Shown here: positions 1-10,188 of the stretch, in pieces
How positions within the stretch are numbered: the stretch's first letter is position 1
How the letters are laid out: each line of letters begins with the position of its first letter
Origin: Candidatus Omnitrophota bacterium
GTDB lineage: Bacteria; Omnitrophota; Gorgyraeia; B26-G9
Length of the DNA: 64,000 nt
Assembly (NCBI GenBank): GCA_043805415.1
Contig: JAZDHZ010000039.1
Coordinates: 14,554-78,553, forward strand
Direction of reading: 5' to 3'
Made by a program: the position numbers and the translations under genes
The notes under the pieces: generated by a model
The model's database searches: none
What the model saw: the letters and a program-made list of their open reading frames with translations, nothing else
Told to the model about the DNA's origin: nothing

Positions 1-1
1 A

Positions 2-1336
2 ATACGGGCATCAAAAAACACCATAGAGGCCAGGATTGCCTTAATGGAAAATTTCGGCTTAAGCGAAATTCAATCGCAGGCAATTCTGGAAATGCAGCTG
101 CAGAGATTAACCGCCTTAGAGCGCGATAAAATCGAAAGCGAATATTTAGAGCTGATTAAAAAAATCAGCTTTTTGAAATCAATCCTGGATGATCCCAAAA
201 AAGTTTTAGCAATCATTAAAGAAGAATTGCTGGAGTTAAAAAAGAAATACGGCGATGAAAGAAGAACGCAGATCATTGCCGCGGTTGATGATTTGGAAAT
301 CGAAGATTTAATCGCGCAGGAAGAAGTGGTGATCACGCTTTCCCATGCCGGATATATTAAACGTTTGCCGGTTAGCGCTTATCGTAAACAGCGCCGCGGC
401 GGAGTAGGCGTATCCGGCGCTGGAATGCGCGAAGAGGATTTTATTGAGCAGCTGTTTGTGGCTTCTACCCATGATTATTTGCTTGTGTTTACCACTAAAG
501 GCAAAGTTTATTGGCTTAAGGTTTATGAAATTCCTCAAGCCGGACGCTTGGGCAAAGGCAAGGCAATTGTGAATTTACTTCAATTTGATCCAGGAGAAAC
601 AATTGCCGCGCTGATTCAGGTTAAAGAATTTAAGGAAGGCAATTTCCTGCTCATGAGCACCGCGGACGGACAAGTTAAAAAGACGGACTTAATGGCATAT
701 AGCAATCCGCGCAAAGGCGGGATTGTGGCAATTACGATCAGAGATAATGACGCTTTGATTTCCTGCCGCTTAACTGATGGGAATGAAGAAGTTTTCTTGG
801 CAACGCGCCAAGGCAAAGCCATTCGTTTTGCCGAGTCTGATGTGCGCGACATGGGGCGGACCGCGTCCGGAGTTCGCGGCATTTCCCTGTCTAAGGGCGA
901 TAAAGTAATCGGCATGGAACTTGTGCGCAAAGACGGTACCCTGCTTACAGTAACAGAAATGGGTTCAGGCAAAAGAACAAAAGTGGAAGAGTACCGCACT
1001 CAGACCCGCGGCGGCAAAGGCATAATTAATATTAAAACAACCGCGGCCCATGGCTTGGTTGTGGCAGTTAATTCAGTGACAGATAATGATGATTTAATGC
1101 TCATAACCTCCAGCGGCATGATTGTGCGTTCGCCGATTAAAGATATCCGGACAACTGGCCGCTCCACGCAAGGAGTTAGAATGATCAGACTGAAACAAGA
1201 TGATCGTTTAGTTGCTGTTGCCAGGCTGGCAGCAAAAGATGAGGAAGATGATATAGAGCTGGAAGACGATCCAAATTTAGCAGGCGATGCAAATATTGCA
1301 GAAGATGCAAGTCCAGAACAAGCAAACGAAATTTAA
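2..1336 (+). CDS. gyrA: DNA gyrase subunit A, C-terminal part (5' truncated by window edge)
   Basis: Frame is open from position 2. QAILEMQLQRLTALE, KYGDERRT, GyrA-box variant QRRGGVG, beta-pinwheel repeats (GRTASGVRGI, GRSTQGVR), acidic tail. Confidence 0.97.
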   Translation: MRASKNTIEARIALMENFGLSEIQSQAILEMQLQRLTALERDKIESEYLELIKKISFLKSILDDPKKVLAIIKEELLELKKKYGDERRTQIIAAVDDLEIEDLIAQEEVVITLSHAGYIKRLPVSAYRKQRRGGVGVSGAGMREEDFIEQLFVASTHDYLLVFTTKGKVYWLKVYEIPQAGRLGKGKAIVNLLQFDPGETIAALIQVKEFKEGNFLLMSTADGQVKKTDLMAYSNPRKGGIVAITIRDNDALISCRLTDGNEEVFLATRQGKAIRFAESDVRDMGRTASGVRGISLSKGDKVIGMELVRKDGTLLTVTEMGSGKRTKVEEYRTQTRGGKGIINIKTTAAHGLVVAVNSVTDNDDLMLITSSGMIVRSPIKDIRTTGRSTQGVRMIRLKQDDRLVAVARLAAKDEEDDIELEDDPNLAGDANIAEDASPEQANEI

Positions 1337-1742
1337 GTACATCCCGCATACTGCTGATATTGGTTTGCGCATAAGCGGTACGGATAATGCCGCGGTTTTT
1401 ATTAACGCGGCAATAGGGATGTTTTCAATTATTGCTAAACTAAAACAGCCGGAACCCACAACCGTTGAGTATCAGATAAAGCTTAATGCGGCTAATTTAG
1501 AAGAGCTGTTGGTTGCTTGGTTGAGCGAACTATTAACCTTGTCAGATATACACAATCTTTTTTTTACGCACTTCCAAATAAACCATCTCTCCGCCTCAAG
1601 CATAAATGCCCGCGTTCAAGCCGTTAAAATAAATAGCCAAAACATTGAAAAGAAAACAGAAATAAAAGCCGTAACATATAATGAATTAAGCATAAAGCAG
1701 GAAAAGCAGCGGATAATCGCTAAAGTGTTTTTTGATATATAA
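1287..1742 (+). CDS. Archease (RtcB activator); start may be ATG 1305
   Basis: N-terminal PHTADIG, LEELLVAWLSELL, C-terminal EIKAVTY..FDI. Directly upstream of rtcB. Confidence 0.93.
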   Translation: MQILQKMQVQNKQTKFKYIPHTADIGLRISGTDNAAVFINAAIGMFSIIAKLKQPEPTTVEYQIKLNAANLEELLVAWLSELLTLSDIHNLFFTHFQINHLSASSINARVQAVKINSQNIEKKTEIKAVTYNELSIKQEKQRIIAKVFFDI

Positions 1743-1774
1743 AAGCAGTGTATAGCTATTGACTAGGCAAAACA

Positions 1775-3223
1775 ATGACAAGTAAACTGCAAAGATTAGA
1801 TGAATTTCGGGTTCAAGTGCCGCAAGATTATAAGCCCGGTATGCTAACTCAAGGTATTATCTATGCGAATCAGCATATTTTAAATGATTTGTTTAAAGAT
1901 AAAGCCATAGAGCAAGTAGCAAATACCGCTTGTTTGCCAGGTATTCTTGGTTCAGCCTTGGCCATGCCTGACATTCACTGGGGTTATGGTTTTCCCATAG
2001 GCGGGGTAGTGGCAACAGACATAGATCAAGGTGGGGTAATATCGCCTGGCGGAGTTGGTTTTGATATAAATTGTGGAGTAAGGCTGCTTAAAACAGGGTT
2101 TTTGCTTGATGAAATCAAGCATAAAATCCCTGATTTGATTAAAAGTTTGTATCATGCTATTCCAGCAGGAGTTGGGTCAACCAGCAAATTAAAGCTTAAC
2201 CAAAAAGATGAACGCCAGGTCTTATTAAAAGGCGCTGGCTGGGCAGTTGAACAGGGATTTGGCAGCCAAGCTGACTTAGATAATACTGAAGAAAGCGGGT
2301 TTATAGAAAACGCAAACCCAGAGTTTATTTCGCAGCATGCATATCAAAGAGGCCAACAGCAATTAGGCACATTAGGTTCAGGTAATCATTTTATAGAAAT
2401 TCAGCTAATTGAGCAAGTTTATGATTCTCAGATTGCGGATGTTTTAGGGCTTAAGCTAAATCAGATTGTAATTATGATACACACTGGTTCGCGCGGTTTA
2501 GGGCATCAAATCTGCACAGATCACATTAAACAATTTCTCAGCTGTTTGAATAAATATAATATTAAAGTTCCTGACCGGCAATTAGCTTGCGCTCCAGTTA
2601 ATTCTAATGAAGGCAAAGCTTATTTAGGGGCAATGCGCTGCGCAGCAAATTATGCTTGGGCAAACAGACAAGTGATTATGCATCAAGTGCGGCAGACTTT
2701 TAAGCAAATATTAAAAGTGGGAGATAATACATTAAAAGCAGAGCTTATTTATGATGTAGCCCATAATATAGCCAAAATTGAGCAGCATGTGGTTAATGGT
2801 AAGAAAATGAACTTGTGTGTGCATCGCAAAGGCGCTACGCGTGCTTTTGGTCCAGGGCATCTGGATCTTAGCGCTAAACACAAGCAAATTGGCCAGCCAG
2901 TGATTATTCCCGGAGATATGGGAAGATGCTCTTATTTACTGGTAGGTACGAGCAAAGCAATGACTGAAACTTTTGGTTCAACTTGTCATGGCGCGGGCAG
3001 GGTAATGTCGCGCTCGCAAGCAAACAGAACTTTAAATAGTAAAACAATTTTACAGGATTTGGAGCATAAAGGCGTGTGTGTTATGGCAACTGATAAGCGG
3101 ATTATTTGTGAAGAAGCACCCCAAGCTTACAAAGATGTTAATGAAGTGGTGAATATTGTTGCTGGAGCAGGTATTTCAAAAAAAGTTTGCCGAATGCGGC
3201 CTTTAGGTGTTATAAAGGGATAA
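1775..3223 (+). CDS. rtcB: RtcB RNA ligase (long, archaeal/eukaryal-like form)
   Basis: MPDIHWGYGFPIGGV, GFDINCG, LGSGNHF, HTGSRG, VHRKGAT, STCHGAGR, EEAPQAYK, C-terminal GVIKG. Confidence 0.97.
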   Translation: MTSKLQRLDEFRVQVPQDYKPGMLTQGIIYANQHILNDLFKDKAIEQVANTACLPGILGSALAMPDIHWGYGFPIGGVVATDIDQGGVISPGGVGFDINCGVRLLKTGFLLDEIKHKIPDLIKSLYHAIPAGVGSTSKLKLNQKDERQVLLKGAGWAVEQGFGSQADLDNTEESGFIENANPEFISQHAYQRGQQQLGTLGSGNHFIEIQLIEQVYDSQIADVLGLKLNQIVIMIHTGSRGLGHQICTDHIKQFLSCLNKYNIKVPDRQLACAPVNSNEGKAYLGAMRCAANYAWANRQVIMHQVRQTFKQILKVGDNTLKAELIYDVAHNIAKIEQHVVNGKKMNLCVHRKGATRAFGPGHLDLSAKHKQIGQPVIIPGDMGRCSYLLVGTSKAMTETFGSTCHGAGRVMSRSQANRTLNSKTILQDLEHKGVCVMATDKRIICEEAPQAYKDVNEVVNIVAGAGISKKVCRMRPLGVIKG

Positions 3224-3309
3224 TAGAATAAATGACGAATTACTAATTTCTAAAAACTTGCGTCTTGTGTCTTGGTGACATGTGACCTTATTAATAATGG
3301 AGGGATTAA

Positions 3310-4593
3310 ATGCTAGACATTAGGCTGATCAGAGAAAACCCAGATATGATTAGAAATGCGATTAAAAACCGCAATATGAAACTGGAAATTAATGATTTAC
3401 TTGATTCAGACAAGCAATGGCGCGAGAAAAACGCGCAGGTTGAAGTACTTAAGCAGCAGCGCAATCAAGCATCTGATGAAATGGCCTTGCTTGTTAAGCA
3501 AAAGCAGGATATTACGGAAAAAAGAGCGACACTGAAAGATCTTTCCCAAAAAATTAAGGATTTTGATGATGAAGTGGGTATTTTAAGAGCTAAAATCGAT
3601 GCTATATTGCTTAATATCCCAAATATACCCCATAATTCAGTGCCAGTTGGTAAAGATGCCAAAGCTAATGTGCAGATTAGCGCCTGGGGCCAGCCAAAAA
3701 GCGATTTTGGGTTTAAATTAAAAGATCATATTGAATTAAGTGAATCTTTGGATATTATTGATTTTACAAGAGCAACTAAAATAACTGGTTCGAATTTTGT
3801 GCTGTATAAAGGTTTAGGCGCAAGACTGGAAAGAGCTTTAATTAATTTTATGTTGGGATTGCATACTCAAAAACATGGCTTTTTAGAAGTTTCTCCCCCA
3901 TTTATTGTAAATAGAGCGAGCATGACAGGGACTGGCCAGCTGCCGAAGCTGGAAGAGGATATGTATAGAGCAAATGAGGATGACTTTTTTCTTATTCCCA
4001 CAGCAGAAGTGCCAGTAACAAATATTCATCGCAATGAAGTGCTGGATGAAAAATCTTTACCGATTTATTATACCGCGTATACGCCTTGTTTTCGCAGAGA
4101 AGCTGGTTCTTATGGAAAAGATACACGCGGTTTACTTAGAGTGCATCAGTTTGATAAAGTGGAATTAGTAAAATTTGTTAAGCCGGAAACATCTTATGCT
4201 GAGCTTGAATCATTGCTGAAAAACGCCGAAGCTGTATTGCAGGCATTGGAATTACCTTATCGGGTAATTAGTTTATCTACTGGTGATATCAGCTTTGCCG
4301 CGGCGAAATGTTATGATATTGAAGTCTGGGCGTCTGGAGTAAATAATTGGCTGGAAGTTTCCAGCTGCAGTAATTTTGAGGATTTTCAAGCGCGCAGAGC
4401 AAATATTAGATACAAAGATACCGCGACTAATAAAGTTATGCATGTGCACACGCTTAATGGTTCAGGCATAGCCTTAGCCAGAACAGTGATCGCGATTATG
4501 GAAAATTACCAGCAAGCTGATGGATCGATTCTTGTGCCAAAAGCTTTGCAGCCATACATGGATGGATTGCAGGTTATTGAACCGAGAAAATAA
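3310..4593 (+). CDS. serS: Seryl-tRNA synthetase
   Basis: [59 protein letters not shown]. Confidence 0.98.
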   Translation: MLDIRLIRENPDMIRNAIKNRNMKLEINDLLDSDKQWREKNAQVEVLKQQRNQASDEMALLVKQKQDITEKRATLKDLSQKIKDFDDEVGILRAKIDAILLNIPNIPHNSVPVGKDAKANVQISAWGQPKSDFGFKLKDHIELSESLDIIDFTRATKITGSNFVLYKGLGARLERALINFMLGLHTQKHGFLEVSPPFIVNRASMTGTGQLPKLEEDMYRANEDDFFLIPTAEVPVTNIHRNEVLDEKSLPIYYTAYTPCFRREAGSYGKDTRGLLRVHQFDKVELVKFVKPETSYAELESLLKNAEAVLQALELPYRVISLSTGDISFAAAKCYDIEVWASGVNNWLEVSSCSNFEDFQARRANIRYKDTATNKVMHVHTLNGSGIALARTVIAIMENYQQADGSILVPKALQPYMDGLQVIEPRK

Positions 4594-4613
4594 GACAAGC
4601 GGATAATTAAAGC

Positions 4614-5285
4614 ATGCTCAAGCGTTTACTAAAAATTATTATTGGCATTGCTTTGCTGCCTGCGTGTATTGGCACAAGCAAGGCTTTTTATGATTTACTC
4701 CAATCTCTCGGCTCTGTAGAGCAAACCATGTTTTATTTTCTCAGCGGTATTGGTTTATATATAGTAATGTATTTTTCCGGTTTAAAGCTGAATTTTTTAT
4801 ATGTGCTGGGACATGAAACCGCGCATGCTGTTCTGGCGCTTGTTTGCGGCGCAAAAATCAAAGCGTTTAAAGTCTCATCCCAAGGCGGCAGCGTGGCCAC
4901 AACCAAGAGCAATGTGCTGATTAGCTTAGGCCCGTATTTTTTCCCGATATATACTGCCTTGATCGCGATTGTTTTTTTTTGCGGGGCAATGTTTTATCCT
5001 AACATTTATAATTATGCGCGGATTTTAATTTTGCTAATTGGCTGGTCAGTATCATTTCATTTTTTAATGACTTTACATAGTCTGCGCGTTGAACAGCCTG
5101 ATATCATGGAAAACGGCTATCTTTTTTCGCTCACGCTTATTTATCTGATCAATCTAATCATTATCGCTTTGCTTTTGGGTTTGCTGTTTAGACAGATAAA
5201 TATCCCGGGATTTTTCACCCAAAGCGCGATTTATACAAAAACCGCGGTAGTGTTTTTATGGGAACGAGCGCAGAGTTTTAAATAA
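4614..5285 (+). CDS. Membrane protein with HExxH motif (peptidase M50B-like)
   Basis: YVLGHETAH, GGSV..SNVLISLGPYFFP, several hydrophobic helices. Confidence 0.7.
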   Translation: MLKRLLKIIIGIALLPACIGTSKAFYDLLQSLGSVEQTMFYFLSGIGLYIVMYFSGLKLNFLYVLGHETAHAVLALVCGAKIKAFKVSSQGGSVATTKSNVLISLGPYFFPIYTALIAIVFFCGAMFYPNIYNYARILILLIGWSVSFHFLMTLHSLRVEQPDIMENGYLFSLTLIYLINLIIIALLLGLLFRQINIPGFFTQSAIYTKTAVVFLWERAQSFK

Positions 5286-6651
5286 AGGCCATTGGATCAA
5301 GGCCAATGGTAGAGGGATCAATCACTTCTTCCACAGTTCTTCCCGAGCGGTTTTGTTCCTGATCGGATAAATCAATTAACAAAGGATCGGCTAAAAGCTG
5401 GCCAGAGGCATCCATGATAATTTTAACCTGAGGCAGCAATAAAGCAGAGGGATGAGCTCTTTTGGTAATGGCAAATTCCATGGTATTTAATCTAACCAAA
5501 CTGCCCGGAGGATAGATGCCCATCATTTGGACAAAAATTTTAAAAAACGCGGGATCAAAATCACAGCCAACCAAACGCATCATGATTGCCAGGGCTTTAT
5601 CGCAAGGCAGCGGATTTTTATATGGACGCCTACTGGTAATCGCGTCATAAATATCACAGATATTTACAATTAAGGATAAAGGATGTAAAGCGGCAATATG
5701 CTCAACCTGCGGGTATCCGCTTAAATCATATTTCATATGATGCTGGCCGGCGATAATAATTGACAAATCGTCTATTACGCTTTGCTGCTCGAGAATCAGG
5801 GAGCCTAATAAGGCATGCTGCTGCATTATTTGCCATTCGTCTTTATCCAGTTTGCCGGGTTTGTTTAATATGCTCAAAGGAATCTTGGTCTTGCCAATAT
5901 CATGCAGAATTGATGCTCTGGCCAAATGATTCAGGACCATCGGATCATCAACTACTGTGGTTGCTAATGTAACCGAGAGAATAGCGACATTAGCGGAATG
6001 CGTAAAAGTATATTCATCATAGCTGCGCAAAGAAGCCAAAGCCAGACTTGAGGTGCTGTCTTGAGCAATCATCCGCGTGATATCCTGCGCGACTTTATCC
6101 ACAATATCCAAAGGCAGCGCTTTGCCGGATTGGATGGCGGCATAGACTAGTTTATTGGCTTCAATGCTGCTGCCGTAAACCTTATCCGCCTCGAGTAACT
6201 TGTCCTTGTCTTCATCTTCTTTTTTTTCGCGTTTTTTTTCCACAATAATGGTTAAAATATTGGCTTTGCCTAGTTCAGCCTGCAAGCCTTCGGCATTTAA
6301 GTGCTTGATTTTATCAGTTAACATCCGGACAAACAGACTTAAATGCTGCGGGGTTAATCCAATTTTAAAACAAACGCATTTTATCTCTTTTAGTTCCAGC
6401 GTTTGCACGACCTTTTCCACAGTGTGCTTTAGTTCATACAAGGGAATGCCGTCATGGGCAAATTGACCCTCGAGAATATCGAGGAATATTTCCGGAATAA
6501 CATTAAATCCTTCTTCTAAAGCAGCCAAAGTTTGCTGAGTTTGGGCAACAACATTCGGATGTTGGGGCGGATATAAACTGCTTTCAGTGAGCAAAAGCGA
6601 AAAGTTTTTAGCAAAAACTTTAACTACATGTTTGACAAGTGCCTGATCCAT
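5278..6651 (-). CDS. HD-GYP cyclic dinucleotide phosphodiesterase
   Basis: YTFTHSANV, LHDIGK, LNKPGKL, HHMKYDLSGYP, DIYDAITSRRPYK, GIYPPGSLVRL. Confidence 0.92.
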   Translation of the reverse strand: MDQALVKHVVKVFAKNFSLLLTESSLYPPQHPNVVAQTQQTLAALEEGFNVIPEIFLDILEGQFAHDGIPLYELKHTVEKVVQTLELKEIKCVCFKIGLTPQHLSLFVRMLTDKIKHLNAEGLQAELGKANILTIIVEKKREKKEDEDKDKLLEADKVYGSSIEANKLVYAAIQSGKALPLDIVDKVAQDITRMIAQDSTSSLALASLRSYDEYTFTHSANVAILSVTLATTVVDDPMVLNHLARASILHDIGKTKIPLSILNKPGKLDKDEWQIMQQHALLGSLILEQQSVIDDLSIIIAGQHHMKYDLSGYPQVEHIAALHPLSLIVNICDIYDAITSRRPYKNPLPCDKALAIMMRLVGCDFDPAFFKIFVQMMGIYPPGSLVRLNTMEFAITKRAHPSALLLPQVKIIMDASGQLLADPLLIDLSDQEQNRSGRTVEEVIDPSTIGLDPMAFI

Positions 6652-6687
6652 TTATCGTCCTTTATAATCAGAGTTAATTCCCGAGTT

Positions 6688-8874
6688 TTATGGGCTCTGA
6701 AATTCTTTAAGCTGTGCCTTAGCAAAGTTGCGCAGCGCTTTATGTTCAGCTGGTAAAAATACTAGTTTTCTTTTTCTCCGGATTTCATTAAGAATGGTAA
6801 TCGTAAGCGTTTTATCCAGATTGCGTAATGATTTTAAAGCAGCGCTGCGAATATCATTGTTTAACAGTTCATCGGCACACAGGCCTTGCTCTCCACGGGC
6901 AATCAAAGCCAGGGCTGAGCGCACTTCCTTAAATCTAAACGCTGCTAAATATTCAATACAGACAATGCGCAGAGCAATATGCGGATGGGCAAGCGCTTGC
7001 AGCAGCATATTTAATGCGGCAGGTGATTTGCGGCTAGCAATAAGTTTTAAAGTTCTGTGCCCAAGGATCATATTTTCATGAAATAAAATCGGCCAAACAA
7101 CCGCCAGAATATCGTCATTATCAATTTGCTGCAGTAATTCCAGCAAACGCAAAATACTGTTTGTCGGCTCTTTGCATAAGTCAATTGTAAGTTTTAAACC
7201 CTCAAGGCTATGATGCGCTAAAAGAGTTTGCTTAACAACAGTATCTTTGGTTAAGTCGCCTTTTTGCGTATACAGCCGTAAAAGCAAAGCAATCAAACGA
7301 TGGGAAAATAATACAAATAAGTCCTCTAAACACAGGCGGGCTTTTTCTTCGTCGTAGCTTTTGAGCATTCCTAAAATAAATTTTTCAATCAGTACCTCAG
7401 GAATATTATCCAAAGCCTCAGTCAGGATAAGCTTGTGTTCATTGCTTAGCAATGACTGTTCTTTAAGCCGCATGGCAAAAAAGCGTAAAGCATGCGCGCT
7501 ATGTTCATTGTCTGTTCCTTGTAAAATGGTTTTGCTGATTTGCATGCATTTTTCCAGCAGCAGGTTAAACAGGGTTGTTTCCTGCGGTTCAGACAACAGG
7601 GCTTGGAGTATTTCCAGATGCGCTGGAATAGCGATATATTCTTCAATATGTTTCTTTAAACTGTCCTTGTCAATGTGCACGGTTTTTAAAACATTTAAAC
7701 CATTAAGAATATCCGTTTTTTCCTCGGAGCTGATCGCGCCCAGAGCCAGTTCCACATCATCTTCCATGGAAAACCCGGGAGCAAAAGCCGAGCAGATATC
7801 ATTAAGAATCGAAGTGGTTTTATCGGAGCGCTCCAGATCAGTAAGCAAAGTTTGCTTAAATGCCGGAAGAAAATTTAAAAAAGCCGTGCGGTCAATAAAC
7901 ATCCGGCCCAAAACATGTTTGGTGTGGGCAATAATATTTGAGCTTTGATCGGATTCAGTGATTTTTTTCACAAATAATTTGGCGGTTTGTTTGGCATCCA
8001 TTTCTTCAAGTAAATGACCGGCAGCCGCGGTGTATTGCAAAATCTCAGCATCGGGATTTTCAAATACCAGATCAAATAAGGCTTCATTAGCAAAAGCCGC
8101 GATTAAATCTTTGAGGATCGTGCGGATTTCCTCTTCTTCGGAAAGCTCTAAAGTCCGCATCGCGGTTTTTATTTTATTTAGGATTTTTAAAATCAGCTGG
8201 GTTTCGCTTAAATCCGAGGTTTCTTCGCGCAGAATATATTGCGCGGCGATTTTAATTAATTCACAAACCAAATTTGATTCCTGGAGCAATTCATAAAGAA
8301 AATGGGTTTGCTCAACATCCAGCGAAGTAATTTCATCATCAATAAAATAGCGAAATATTTGGCTATTGGTTAAACTGAGCAAACGCTCCTGATCAAGGGT
8401 CGAGTGCTTGCTAGAATAATATTCAATAATTCGAATGCCTTTAGAGCCTTTTTGCAAAAGGATCTTGCTGGCACCGCCCAAGGAAGATAGTTTCGCGGTA
8501 TCCAGATTAAACAGCTCAACCAATAAATCAATGTCAGTCAAGCCGGCGGCTGGATTAAAAATGATTTGGCGGATATAGCGTTTTTGCATTTCTTCGATAA
8601 AATCGTCAATGCCCGGCAGTTTATTATTATCTAAATGCATGTCTAAAATGAAAAGATTGTTTTCAAATATGCGAAATACCGCGACTTGTTTTTGTTGGAT
8701 AACTTCTTGTAAGGTCGCGTAGAATTTCTGTACAACCTGAGAGAGCATTTGATGGCCCTTGGGATAGAGATGTACGGCTTTGAGCATGCCGAATAAACTC
8801 GACGCGATCTGACAGGCAAGTTTTATGTCAGCAGCAGTAGATTCATGTTTATCATGAGCGGTGTATTGATCCAT
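6688..8874 (-). CDS. HEAT-repeat protein co-transcribed with the HD-GYP gene
   Basis: Helical, Leu-rich. C-terminal HEAT-like units (LLQALAHPHIALRIVCIEYL, DIRSAALKSL). N-terminal LYPxxH domain. RBS AGGGG. Confidence 0.7.
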   Translation of the reverse strand: MDQYTAHDKHESTAADIKLACQIASSLFGMLKAVHLYPKGHQMLSQVVQKFYATLQEVIQQKQVAVFRIFENNLFILDMHLDNNKLPGIDDFIEEMQKRYIRQIIFNPAAGLTDIDLLVELFNLDTAKLSSLGGASKILLQKGSKGIRIIEYYSSKHSTLDQERLLSLTNSQIFRYFIDDEITSLDVEQTHFLYELLQESNLVCELIKIAAQYILREETSDLSETQLILKILNKIKTAMRTLELSEEEEIRTILKDLIAAFANEALFDLVFENPDAEILQYTAAAGHLLEEMDAKQTAKLFVKKITESDQSSNIIAHTKHVLGRMFIDRTAFLNFLPAFKQTLLTDLERSDKTTSILNDICSAFAPGFSMEDDVELALGAISSEEKTDILNGLNVLKTVHIDKDSLKKHIEEYIAIPAHLEILQALLSEPQETTLFNLLLEKCMQISKTILQGTDNEHSAHALRFFAMRLKEQSLLSNEHKLILTEALDNIPEVLIEKFILGMLKSYDEEKARLCLEDLFVLFSHRLIALLLRLYTQKGDLTKDTVVKQTLLAHHSLEGLKLTIDLCKEPTNSILRLLELLQQIDNDDILAVVWPILFHENMILGHRTLKLIASRKSPAALNMLLQALAHPHIALRIVCIEYLAAFRFKEVRSALALIARGEQGLCADELLNNDIRSAALKSLRNLDKTLTITILNEIRRKRKLVFLPAEHKALRNFAKAQLKEFQSP

Positions 8875-8956
8875 AAATAGCGTCCCCTAATTATTTTATT
8901 ATTATAGCAAATGCCGAACAAAGGGGAAAGAAAAAAGTGGAAGTTTAAATTTTATT

Positions 8957-8985
8957 TTGAAACCGTTAAAGCGCTGTGGTATTAT
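8957..8985 (+). promoter_or_regulatory. Sigma70-type promoter of the FIST/GGDEF genes
   Basis: TTGAAA-17 bp-TATTAT with extended TG. Confidence 0.55.
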
Positions 8986-9041
8986 AACACACATAACATT
9001 AAAATTCTAAAAGCAGTTTGCCTTGGTTAAAAGGAGGGAAT

Positions 9042-10181
9042 ATGAAGATTGAACAAAGTATGAGAAGTGAACAAAAATGCTGGACGCCTTCAATATCCGG
9101 AAAGCTTAAGGAGTCCGCGCAATTAGTTTTATTGTTCGGAGGCACCGCGATAATTAAGAACGCGGAAGTTATTAAAGAAGTTCAGGGCTTGTATCCAAAA
9201 GCGTATCTGCTGGGCTGCTCAACAGCGGGTGAGATATGCGACACTCAGGTGAAAGACGATTCATTGGTATTGACAGCGGTTAATTTTGAACATAGCCGCG
9301 TTCAAAGCGCTAGCGTTGAAATTAATAATATGAATGATAGTTTCAATGGCGGAGAACGTTTGGCTAAATCCCTGGATTTGGAAGGGTTAACGCATGTGTT
9401 TGTTCTTTCTGATGGGCTTAATGTAAACGGCAGTGATCTTATTAGAGGAATTATGGCGCATTTACCGGAACAAGTCTCGGTGACCGGCGGATTATCCGGC
9501 GATGGCGCCCGCTTTAAGGAAACAGTTGTGTTGTTAAACGGCCAAGCAGTAAATAAATCGGTTGTAGCGATAGGCTTATACGGATCACGGATAAAGGTAG
9601 GATATTGTTCTTTGGGAGGTTGGGACCCCTTTGGTCCGGATAGAGTAGTCACACGTTCAAAAAATAATATTTTATATGAATTAGATGGTGAATCAGCATT
9701 GACATTGTATAAGCGATATCTGGGAGACCATGCCCAAAAATTACCTGCTTCTGGATTGCTTTTTCCTTTAAGCCTGAAGCGGGAAGATAGTGAAGATTGG
9801 ATTGTCCGGACAATCCTCGCGGTAAATGAAGAAGATCAGAGCCTGACGTTTGCCGGAGATATTCCTGAGGGGGCGAATGTTCGCCTGATGAAGGCTAATT
9901 TTGAAGGACTTGTTGACGGCGCAATTGGCGCGGCAAAAGGATGTCTGGAGGCTTTAAACAGTGTTTCGCCTGATCTAGCGATACTTATTAGCTGTGTCGG
10001 CCGTAAAATGGTCTTAAAGCAAAGAGTTGAAGAAGAAGTTGAAGGGGTGCGTAATGTTTTTGGCGAACATACGGTTTTAACCGGCTTCTATTCTTATGGA
10101 GAGATATGTCCTTTTACCCGAAACGCCAAGAGCGAACTGCATAATCAAACCATGACAATCACAGCCTTGTTGGAGGTTTAA
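9042..10181 (+). CDS. FIST (NosP-like) sensor protein
   Basis: LGCSTAGEI, GGLSGDG, GGWDPFGP, ISCVGRK, GFYSYGEI, LHNQTMTIT. RBS AAGGAGG before ATG 9042. Confidence 0.92.
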   Translation: MKIEQSMRSEQKCWTPSISGKLKESAQLVLLFGGTAIIKNAEVIKEVQGLYPKAYLLGCSTAGEICDTQVKDDSLVLTAVNFEHSRVQSASVEINNMNDSFNGGERLAKSLDLEGLTHVFVLSDGLNVNGSDLIRGIMAHLPEQVSVTGGLSGDGARFKETVVLLNGQAVNKSVVAIGLYGSRIKVGYCSLGGWDPFGPDRVVTRSKNNILYELDGESALTLYKRYLGDHAQKLPASGLLFPLSLKREDSEDWIVRTILAVNEEDQSLTFAGDIPEGANVRLMKANFEGLVDGAIGAAKGCLEALNSVSPDLAILISCVGRKMVLKQRVEEEVEGVRNVFGEHTVLTGFYSYGEICPFTRNAKSELHNQTMTITALLEV

Positions 10182-10188
10182 AATCACG

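Noticed and set aside
3257-3288. Degenerate heptamers CTTGCGT-CTTGTGT-CTTGGTG between rtcB and serS
   Set aside because: Too short and degenerate to support a function. No T-box-length leader is available.
6728-8296. Antisense ORFs of 88-195 aa, and similar ones opposite the RND, atp and giant genes
   Set aside because: Shadow frames of long genes on the other strand.
8875-8893. GCGTCCCCTAATT as another REP-like copy
   Set aside because: Explained as the AGGGG ribosome-binding site of the minus-strand 728-aa gene.
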